Positions 25,925 to 33,537 of a DNA stretch of 64,000 nucleotides are shown in pieces. The notes beneath the pieces were generated by a model, which had not been told where the DNA came from, searched no databases, and saw only the letters and a program-made list of their open reading frames with translations. Source of the DNA: a virus; the IMG/VR virus record IMGVR_UViG_3300006056_000038, positions 1 through 64,000 of that record, one strand, 5' to 3'. The number at the start of each line of letters is the position of its first letter. Positions within the stretch are counted from its first letter, which is position 1. A program made the position numbers and the translations under genes.

Positions 25925-27565
25925 TTAGTAGGTGTTGATGTTGTCGATGTACACTACACCGTAGAAGCGGTTGTTGACCATCTTCTTAGCATACCTTGTC
26001 ATGATCCCCTTACGCGGAGTAAAGTCATTCGGATCATAGATCGTCTGCGTCAATTGCAGCGGGATGTATGGGGCGTAGATGTAACCAGCCTCCAAGAAGG
26101 TGTTACCCTTGTGACCCAACAGCACGATCTGCGCAGGCAGGTACGGATCCTTGTAGACCACGTAACGGCTACCCAACTGACCGATCTTCTCGATACCGAG
26201 GTTGTACTTCTCCGACTCAGGGGAAGCACTGCCATCGACGTGGAAGTATTCCAGATCATCGAAGATCGCACCGGCCTCAGCCGAGCACACGATCCAGTTC
26301 GCACCACCTCTCAAGGTTGCCTTGTGGATCTGGGCGCTGAGCTCGTTCACACGGGTGATCAGCGTTTGGTTCCAGTCCTTTTGGGTACCGAAGAAGTTCG
26401 CGTTGTTCTGGAGACCTTGGTAGTCCCAACGAGCACGGAAAGGTGCGCCGTTGATGAGGTCCGTCAGGATCTCGCGGTCGATCTCAGCAGCAACGTGCTC
26501 GGAGAGAAGAGCGGTCAGCTCAGCCTCGGCATCAATGCTGTGGTAGGCCTCAAGATCTTGGGCCAATTCAGGGGTCCAGTGAGCGCGGAGCTTACGGGTC
26601 ACGGTGTTCACGGTCACGCTGGAGAAGCGGATCGAGATCTCGGACATTTCACCCTTCGCTTCCAAGTCGTTGTAGACCTCGAATGCAGGAGTGACGGTCA
26701 GGGCGAACTGAGTACCGAAGTTGGTACCGTTGTTCAACATCGCGGAGTTGAAGTCCGAACCGTAAACGCTCGGTGGACGAAGGTCCAACACGATGTTCGA
26801 GGTGGAACCTTGGAACTGGTCGGTTCCCCATGCTTGCACGTTCGCGAACACAGGAACGCTTCCGCCAGCGGCAACGAGCAGGATGTTGCTCGATCCAGCG
26901 CTGTAGTAGATAGCGGTGGTCGAGGAGTACCTCAAGGAAGCAGAAGACTGCTGCTTGGAGGTGTCGAAGCCCGTGAGGGTGAAAGCACCCGGATCGTACA
27001 AACCATTGCTGAAGCTGTCAGCGGAGAAGGTCTTGGAAACGCCAAGAGCCGTTTCGCCCGTACCGAAGGACAGATCGAAACCACGGTTGTTGTAGAAACG
27101 CTCGTAGGCAGAGGTGTCCGCGAACACAGGGCCACCTTGACCGTTCGCGGTATTCTTGGGGTTCACCTTGTTCATGCGTGCGATTTCCTGAGCACGCGTG
27201 ATCGACGTGTCGAAGGTGTTGTCACTACCGTTGAACGATACACGCGCGTCCATGTAGAACAACAGACCGGTAGGGAGCGCCAAAGGCTGCACCGAAACCA
27301 GTTCATTGGCCAACAGACGCGAGAATACGCGACGAACGATAGGGAACGCCACCGTATCGAAACGTCCAGCGGACGCGTCGAGGGTTACCTCGTTCAGCAT
27401 CGAAGCAGCCTGCGACTCCAGCAACTGCGCGATGTTGGAACGCTTGGGTCCCTTCAGGCCTTTGAGCAGGCCAGACTCCTCCCAGTTCGCAACGATAGCG
27501 TTGCGCTGTTCTGCGAGGTTCTTCAAAGTGGTAAGGCCGACCTTACCGGTTCTGAGTAATTCCAT
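25925..27565 (-). CDS. gp23: Major capsid protein, T4 gp23-like
   Basis: 546 aa. RRVFSRLLANELVSVQPLALPTGLLFYMD aligns with T4 RRAIPNLIAFDICGVQPMNSPTGQVFALR. ELAQDLEAYHSIDAEAELTALLSEHVAAEIDREILTDLI aligns with ELAQDLRAVHGMDADAELSGILATEIMLEINREVVDWI. AGYIYAPYIPLQLT aligns with AGIYYAPYVALTPL. Confidence 0.85.
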   Translation of the reverse strand: MELLRTGKVGLTTLKNLAEQRNAIVANWEESGLLKGLKGPKRSNIAQLLESQAASMLNEVTLDASAGRFDTVAFPIVRRVFSRLLANELVSVQPLALPTGLLFYMDARVSFNGSDNTFDTSITRAQEIARMNKVNPKNTANGQGGPVFADTSAYERFYNNRGFDLSFGTGETALGVSKTFSADSFSNGLYDPGAFTLTGFDTSKQQSSASLRYSSTTAIYYSAGSSNILLVAAGGSVPVFANVQAWGTDQFQGSTSNIVLDLRPPSVYGSDFNSAMLNNGTNFGTQFALTVTPAFEVYNDLEAKGEMSEISIRFSSVTVNTVTRKLRAHWTPELAQDLEAYHSIDAEAELTALLSEHVAAEIDREILTDLINGAPFRARWDYQGLQNNANFFGTQKDWNQTLITRVNELSAQIHKATLRGGANWIVCSAEAGAIFDDLEYFHVDGSASPESEKYNLGIEKIGQLGSRYVVYKDPYLPAQIVLLGHKGNTFLEAGYIYAPYIPLQLTQTIYDPNDFTPRKGIMTRYAKKMVNNRFYGVVYIDNINTY

Positions 27566-27593
27566 TTTCTTGTTTGGTTGTTTTTGTTAACGA

Positions 27594-28967
27594 TCAATCT
27601 TGGTCAGGAGCATCGAGACCCGCGAGTACACGGTTCCGTTTTGCTTCAGCACTTTCGTAAATAGGCTGCTTTTTTGGTTGTGCCACTGGAATGGCGGAGG
27701 ATTTGATCACACCCTTGTCTTTTGGCATGCTCTTTTCGCTGATGATCTCTTTGTAGATGCGCTCAGCTTCCTCTGCACTCGTTGCGGCTTCGAAGCGTTC
27801 GGAGATCCGAACCTTCTCCTTTTCCGTCAAGCCCCCATTGGATACCACGCGGTATGCAAGCGCCAACTTCTTGTTGAACGTCTGCACCTCGTTGTAGTGC
27901 TCCCGGAGTTCGATGAAGGCGCTTTTGAATTCGCCTATCTGACCCTTCAAACTTTTGTTTTCCTTCTTTAGCTCGGCGATGATCGCCTCATGGTGAGCTT
28001 CTTCTTTCTTGGTATTCTCGTTCACTGCACCCGTGCGGGTACGGTTGTCAACGGCCACCTTGGGCGCGGTGTGCGGTCCTGCGGTGCGGTTGACGGTATG
28101 CGATTGACCCATGGCCTTTACTTCGTCCACGAGCGCTTCGTCCTCTTCCATTTCGAGTTCGATGAGATCATCGTCCTCGTCCAGCTCGATCATTTCCTCC
28201 ATGGCAGGGGCCATTTCAGGGGCGGGCGCTGGAGCTTCTGCGGCAGGAGCAACAGCTCCGGCCTCGTCGTCCACGATGTCCACTTCGTCACCATCGCTGG
28301 TGGGAGCGGCGCCGGTCTGTTGGGCGATCATCTTCTTGATGACGTCCGCCAACTGGGCGGTGAGATCTTCTTGGGGAGCAGCTTCTGGAGCCACCTCAGG
28401 TGCAACCTCTGGGGCTGGAGCTGGGGCGGCTTCTGGAGCGGCGGGTGCGGGTTGTTCCATGTTGGGTTGTGTTTGTTCTTCTTCCGCAGTGATCTGGATC
28501 TCATCCTCATCGGAGGAGAGCTCGATCTGCTCGTCATCGCCCACCGCATCAACAGCGACGGGAGTAGGTGCGACTGACGTAGGCGCCACCGGAGCGGCAG
28601 GAGTGGCATCGACCGGGGTCTGGGTAACGGCGTCGACGGGGGTCTCGGGGACCTCACCGGCTTCGGGTTCCTTGAATTCGTTCTTGATGGAACCATCGTC
28701 GTCGATCGTCACCTTCTGGGTGTCGGTCTCCACCTTGATGGTCTCCGAAACGATCTCAACGGGGACCTTCGTCTCTTCGACGGGCTCCTCGTTGTTCACT
28801 TCATCGATGGCATCTTCGACCAATCGTTGGATCCTCTCTTGGTTCTCCTTGAGAAGATTGTCCTGAGCCAGCTTGACGATGGAGTCGATGTCCACCTTTG
28901 CTTGTTGAAGAATATTCTTTTCCTTGCTCATATCGCTGATCTTCGATTTTGAATAAATAATGCACAA
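27594..28967 (-). CDS. Scaffolding/prohead core protein (gp22-like by position), acidic coiled-coil with a Pro/Ala/Glu low-complexity region
   Basis: Sits between the protease and MCP genes as in T4 (21-22-23). Very acidic, with the AAPEAAPAPAPEVAPEVAPEAAP repeat region and coiled-coil ends. Antisense ORFs here (e.g. 28111-28866+) are repeat artefacts. Confidence 0.55.
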   Translation of the reverse strand: MCIIYSKSKISDMSKEKNILQQAKVDIDSIVKLAQDNLLKENQERIQRLVEDAIDEVNNEEPVEETKVPVEIVSETIKVETDTQKVTIDDDGSIKNEFKEPEAGEVPETPVDAVTQTPVDATPAAPVAPTSVAPTPVAVDAVGDDEQIELSSDEDEIQITAEEEQTQPNMEQPAPAAPEAAPAPAPEVAPEVAPEAAPQEDLTAQLADVIKKMIAQQTGAAPTSDGDEVDIVDDEAGAVAPAAEAPAPAPEMAPAMEEMIELDEDDDLIELEMEEDEALVDEVKAMGQSHTVNRTAGPHTAPKVAVDNRTRTGAVNENTKKEEAHHEAIIAELKKENKSLKGQIGEFKSAFIELREHYNEVQTFNKKLALAYRVVSNGGLTEKEKVRISERFEAATSAEEAERIYKEIISEKSMPKDKGVIKSSAIPVAQPKKQPIYESAEAKRNRVLAGLDAPDQD

Positions 28968-28987
28968 AAACGCATTTTCCGTTTCAG

Positions 28988-30811
28988 TTAGAGCGATTTC
29001 CAGAATTTGTTGTTCTGCATTTCCTTCAAGTCGGAATATTTCCCGCTCTTCGACACCTGTTCGATGCCTCCGATCTTGAGCATTTTCATGCTGCGCGATT
29101 CACGGAAAAGGAATGCTCCGGGGGTCGATGGGGACGATACGAAGTCGAATGCGATGAGTTCGAAGTCCTCTTGGACAACGTCATGGCCGTTCTGCGATTT
29201 CACAGATCCGACGCCACGACTGGAGATGCCCAGTTTGAATCCGGTCTTGAGAAGACCTTTCAATGTGTCGCCCGCTTTTGTTTCGGCGATCTGCACCTTG
29301 CCGTACAGGGTGTCGCCGTCCCACCATAGATCGAGTACCTTGTGGGAGACGTTGGTAAGAGAAATAACTGCGGAGTTTCCGGTCCAGTGCGCCTTGCCAT
29401 TGCGCATGGTGTAGAAATTTCCGTTCTTGACACGTACGCAATACACACGATCATTGTATGCTACCTTTTCGATCTTCATCATTCTCTTGTCGAGATAGAT
29501 GAATTCGGTGGATGAGATGTTGAGGTTGTATTGCAGAACAGAGTTCTCTGCCTTGATGGTCCTCGGGATCATGACCTCCGTTCTTACGAGGCTGAGCGTG
29601 CCATCGCCGTTGTCAACCTCATTGACAACTTCTTTCCATTCATTGATGACCCTATCCTTAGGTTGCCATTCACTGATGTTTCCACAACCGCCTATCTTCA
29701 CAAGTACTTCTTGCAGATCATATATGAGCTGCTTGGACGTGGAGAAGACAGATTGCTTCTCCCACTGCCCATTTGGTCCCTGCTTTACATTGCGCCCGTC
29801 ACCTTTCATGAAGGCGTCGAACATGATCTTCAAAAGACGTGGAGATGCCTTCTTGAGCTCTTCAGGAATGTATTTGTTGTGCGAATTGCCAAGTGGCTTG
29901 AGGTATTCATGCAGTCTGAGGTCGGTGAACCTGAATGACGCTTTGCCATTCTTTTCATACACCGACTTTCGGAATGGGAGCCTTTCTTGCAGCGCACGGA
30001 TCTCTTCCTTGGGTCCGTTTTTCACTTGATGGATGGAAACCGAGTAATTACGCGCAGCTTCATAGTCGTATCCCTCGGATCCGGTAACATGACCCTCAGC
30101 AAGCCACCATCCCATGAATTCAAACCAATCCTCCGCTTTGACTTTGATGTCCTGCTCTTGTTCCTTTATGAAGTAGTCATGGGACTTGCGGTTTGACATA
30201 TCCATGCCGGGAATGGTGAAGAATTCCATTTCCTCCCCGATCCAATCGCCCTTTTTCGGGAGTTTCCACTTATTGTCACGATACTCATAGAGTTCGGCTG
30301 CCGTTTTGTAGAACCGTTTGCCGTTCCTATCTTCAATGAGAAACCTATGGTTTGGTGTGACCATTTGATCGATGTTCTTTCCTGTGAAATGGAACATCTC
30401 TCCCTTGTAGTGCTGGTCAATGCGTTTTTCTATCTTCTGGTATTCGATCTCATTGGTCTCTACGTTCAGTGTGGCGACCACCTCATTATCGGTCACATCC
30501 CTCCATGATTTCCATCCTTGAGATGTGAGTATCATACTCATAAAGTCCTGACAATCAGGGTGGTCTAGCTCCCCTCCGGCCGTATTATCCCTCACAGAAG
30601 CAAGGTATTTCTCCACTTCTCTCTCAAGGATTGCCCTTGGATAAACTCTCCCATTTTTGTTCAGTGCATTCGCCTTTTGCATAATGCCCGACATGATGAT
30701 GGGCTGGTTGGTTTTCTCAGCTTCTATGATCAATTCCCGACTGGTACCGAATTCATAGAATTCACTGATGACCATTCTTTCATCCAACGGGTTCAATGGG
30801 GTAATCTCCAT
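28988..30811 (-). CDS. Prohead protease (T4 gp21-like extein, 91+128 aa) interrupted by a 388-aa Hint/LAGLIDADG intein
   Basis: Extein PIIMSGIMQKANALNKNGRVYPRAILEREVEKYLASVRDNTAGGELDHPD ... SAVISLTNVSHKV...LGISSRGVGS...; spliced size 219 aa (T4 gp21 is 212 aa), positioned before scaffold and MCP. Intein evidence: block A SMILTSQGW, block B TPNH, two LAGLIDADG-like motifs (FMGWWLAEGHV; LKIMFDAFMKGDG), terminal ...HWTGN|S. Confidence 0.6.
   Translation of the reverse strand: MEITPLNPLDERMVISEFYEFGTSRELIIEAEKTNQPIIMSGIMQKANALNKNGRVYPRAILEREVEKYLASVRDNTAGGELDHPDCQDFMSMILTSQGWKSWRDVTDNEVVATLNVETNEIEYQKIEKRIDQHYKGEMFHFTGKNIDQMVTPNHRFLIEDRNGKRFYKTAAELYEYRDNKWKLPKKGDWIGEEMEFFTIPGMDMSNRKSHDYFIKEQEQDIKVKAEDWFEFMGWWLAEGHVTGSEGYDYEAARNYSVSIHQVKNGPKEEIRALQERLPFRKSVYEKNGKASFRFTDLRLHEYLKPLGNSHNKYIPEELKKASPRLLKIMFDAFMKGDGRNVKQGPNGQWEKQSVFSTSKQLIYDLQEVLVKIGGCGNISEWQPKDRVINEWKEVVNEVDNGDGTLSLVRTEVMIPRTIKAENSVLQYNLNISSTEFIYLDKRMMKIEKVAYNDRVYCVRVKNGNFYTMRNGKAHWTGNSAVISLTNVSHKVLDLWWDGDTLYGKVQIAETKAGDTLKGLLKTGFKLGISSRGVGSVKSQNGHDVVQEDFELIAFDFVSSPSTPGAFLFRESRSMKMLKIGGIEQVSKSGKYSDLKEMQNNKFWKSL
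29375..30538 (-). mobile_element. Intein (Hint + double-motif LAGLIDADG homing endonuclease) inside the prohead protease gene
   Basis: Boundaries inferred from alignment with the free-standing paralogue and from the intein blocks: Ser at +1 of the N-junction (DCQDFM|SMILT), C-terminal Asn followed by Ser (HWTGN|SAVIS). In-frame, with no stops. Confidence 0.6.
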
Positions 30812-30830
30812 ATTATCTGAAGTGTTTGCC

Positions 30831-30873
30831 CTATAAATAGAGAAGGGCTCTGCATTTCCGCAGAGCCCTTCTC
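30831..30873. promoter_or_regulatory. CTATTTATAGG motif (30831-30840) plus a perfect 14-bp-stem hairpin (30840-30873) between the HEG and protease genes
   Basis: GAGAAGGGCTCTGC-atttcc-GCAGAGCCCTTCTC; an A7 run follows on plus and a T7 run precedes on minus. Confidence 0.5.
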
Positions 30874-30893
30874 AAAAAAACATCATCACACAC

Positions 30894-32081
30894 TCATTCC
30901 ATGCCGCCTATCCAATGTACCTTGTAATTGTACATCACGCAATAATTCCCCTGTTCTGTCTTGAAGTCATACATCATTCCCTTATGACGCACCTTATCCA
31001 CAGACATCATTCTATTATCCAGATAGATGTACTCCGTAGATGCTACATTGAGATTGAATTGCAGATGAGAATTCTCTGCCTTGATCTCTCTTGTGACTTT
31101 ATTCCTTGTAACGACTTCTACCATTTCACTGCCATTATCCACTTCTTCAACAACATCTTTCCATTCATTGATAACCCTGTCTTTTGGTTGCCATTCGCTA
31201 ATATTTCCTGAACCGCCCATCTTCATTAGTATTTCTTGCATGTCATATACGAGCTGACGTGACGTGGAGAATACTGATTGCTTTTTGTATTGACCCTTGT
31301 CTCCTTGCGTTACATCACGCCCGTCGCCTCTCATGAAAGCATCGAACATGAGTTTCAGCAAATGAATAGGGACTTGTTTCAATTCCTTAGGAACGTATTT
31401 TACATGCGAATGTCCAAGCGGTAACAGATAGCCGTGAAGTCTCGCATCGGTGATAACAAATTGTATTGATCTTCCATCAGAAGTATGCTCACGATATGTT
31501 TCAAATGGCATGGCCATCATGGTATCGCGTATTTCTTGTTTATTATCTCCATCCTTCACCTGTGCAATATGTACTCTATATGCCTTCGTTTTTGATCCTG
31601 CGGTCCCAACTGCGTAACCTTCCGACAAATACCATCCCATGAACCGGAACCATACTTCCGCAGGAATTTCCACATCCTTTGAATAAGCGTCTCTCAAATC
31701 TTCAGGGGCTCGATTTGATATCGTAGCCCCATCCAACTTGAACGTCTCCATCTCCTCTCCGACCCATTTGCATTTCTTCAGCACCTTCCACTTGTTGCTC
31801 CTATACTTCAGCAACTCACCTGACGTGCTATAGAACTGCTTCCCCTGTCGGTTCTCCAGCAAGAACCGATGGTCCGGCGTGGTCAACTGTTCCAAGTTCT
31901 TTCCGTGGAACCGAACGGCATGTCCATCATAATTCTCCTTCTTCACTTCCGTGACGGGATGGTACACAAGAAACCCTTCCCCGTTCAGCGTGGCCAGCTC
32001 ATCGCCAACGTTCACATCCGCGACGTTCCTCCATCCCGACTTCGTCAATACCAACGCTTTTTCTGCTATCATAACAAGCAA
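30894..32081 (-). mobile_element. Free-standing Hint/LAGLIDADG homing-endonuclease gene, a degenerate paralogue of the protease intein
   Basis: 395 aa, collinear with the intein (about half of the residues identical by eye; e.g. QGKQFYSTSGELLKYRSNKWKVLKK.. versus NGKRFYKTAAELYEYRDNKWKLPKK..). It has no exteins, begins M..EK-ALVLT (Ala where an intein would have Ser/Cys) and ends HWIGGME* (Gly where the intein has its terminal Asn). Confidence 0.6.
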
Positions 32082-32120
32082 AAATAAGGAATTACAATAA
32101 GTTCTGCAAATAGAAATTCC

Positions 32121-32651
32121 TCACCGATTGCTCCTTCTCACCTCGAAACCCTTCCGATCTGTCATCAATTCGCTGCTCACAAATGCCTCCGCGACCTTCA
32201 ACGCCGATCCGTACAATGGGCTCTTCACCATCAATGGCACCTTCTCTCGATCCTTGACGTTCGAGGTATGCAGGTACAATTCGAGGTTCACATAGTTGCG
32301 CTTCTCGTTGTAGGCGAAGTTCTCGGGGATGTTGACGATGAAAATGTTGTTCTTACGGTCCGGAAAGGCCGGGTTCGCATCGATGTGCTTTCCCTCCACC
32401 GCTCCATAGCATTCCCCTATCGCATTCTCCAATCGCTTGCGTGCATTGGTGATGTCCCCGATGGGACGCGTCCAGAAGCCCATGGAGATGTAGATCGTGC
32501 TGGGGGACTCCCGGTTTTCCATCGCCCCGATCTGCACGGAAACGTTCTCGTTCGACAATTCGAACGGCTTTACTTTTATCTCTCTTGCGGTTCTGATCAT
32601 TTTTGTTATATTTCTCCCGGAGAATATAAACAAAAACGACTGCCGAACCAA
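32121..32651 (-). CDS. Hypothetical protein
   Basis: 176-aa ORF with good coding character, no motif. Confidence 0.45.
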   Translation of the reverse strand: MVRQSFLFIFSGRNITKMIRTAREIKVKPFELSNENVSVQIGAMENRESPSTIYISMGFWTRPIGDITNARKRLENAIGECYGAVEGKHIDANPAFPDRKNNIFIVNIPENFAYNEKRNYVNLELYLHTSNVKDREKVPLMVKSPLYGSALKVAEAFVSSELMTDRKGFEVRRSNR

Positions 32652-32667
32652 GCGCGCAAGTGCCGGG

Positions 32668-33495
32668 TCAGCGCGCCATCAGCGTGCCCTTGAGCTCGAA
32701 CAGCGAAAGGAGGTATTCATCGCTGGCGGTCTTCTCGACCGGAACCTCCTTTTTCACCTTGCCAAGGAAGGTCTCCAGAATGACGGTGTCCTCTTGGTTG
32801 TCGCTCTTCTTGATGCGTTCGCTCAGCATGGATGAAAGCTCATCGCGAAGCCGCTCGGCCGCCTCTGTCTTTTCCTTCCTGTCCCCGATGAGCGCCTTGA
32901 ACATGGTGCGCTCGTCCTCGCTGAGCGCTTCGTATCGTTCGTTGAAATACCCCAACGCGTTCTTGGTGACATAGCGCCACATCTTGTTGAGCTCCGGACG
33001 CTCCTTCTCTTGGTTCATCTCCTCCACGGGTACCTTGCGGGTCATGTGTTCCACCAGTTCTCCATAAGCCTTCGCATCCTTGTCGAAATGCTTGAAGTTC
33101 TTGTTGAGTTTGGCCTCGATGATCGTGTTGAGGTTCTCGAAGAGCTGCTCATTGTCCTTCGACGCCATGACGGTAGCCTCGTCGGGACCGCCCAGCAGGT
33201 TCTGGCGAAGATGTGCATTGGCGTCCTGTAGCTGAGGCCACGACACCTCGTTCATGAGCTGGAGGTTCTGTTCGATGAAACGCTCGGCCAAACGCGCGCT
33301 CTCAAAGGGCTTGGTGCGCTCGAAGTTCTTGTAGAGCAGGAACTGCTTCTTGAGCACGGGACTTTTCTTCACCGCCTCCATGAAGTCCACGAGGGTCGCG
33401 TTCCGATTGTCCCGCGCCATCTCGATGGCGGCTTTCTTGGTGATCGAGTCCTTGAGCGCCCCGAAGTTCAATGTGGTCTTCATCTCTTGCTTCAT
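32668..33495 (-). CDS. Hypothetical helical protein
   Basis: 275 aa, Lys/Glu-rich; CATAAATAG (33501-33509) 5 nt upstream of the start. Confidence 0.45.
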   Translation of the reverse strand: MKQEMKTTLNFGALKDSITKKAAIEMARDNRNATLVDFMEAVKKSPVLKKQFLLYKNFERTKPFESARLAERFIEQNLQLMNEVSWPQLQDANAHLRQNLLGGPDEATVMASKDNEQLFENLNTIIEAKLNKNFKHFDKDAKAYGELVEHMTRKVPVEEMNQEKERPELNKMWRYVTKNALGYFNERYEALSEDERTMFKALIGDRKEKTEAAERLRDELSSMLSERIKKSDNQEDTVILETFLGKVKKEVPVEKTASDEYLLSLFELKGTLMAR

Positions 33496-33537
33496 TTACA
33501 CATAAATAGCCTCCTTTCCCGAAGGAATTGATTATCT

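Noticed and set aside
30840-30873. Calling the 14-bp-stem hairpin between the HEG and protease genes a classical intrinsic terminator
   Set aside because: The T-run lies 5' of the hairpin on the transcribed (minus) strand, and only a short U-rich CTATTTATAGG follows it. It is recorded as a regulatory hairpin rather than a confident terminator.
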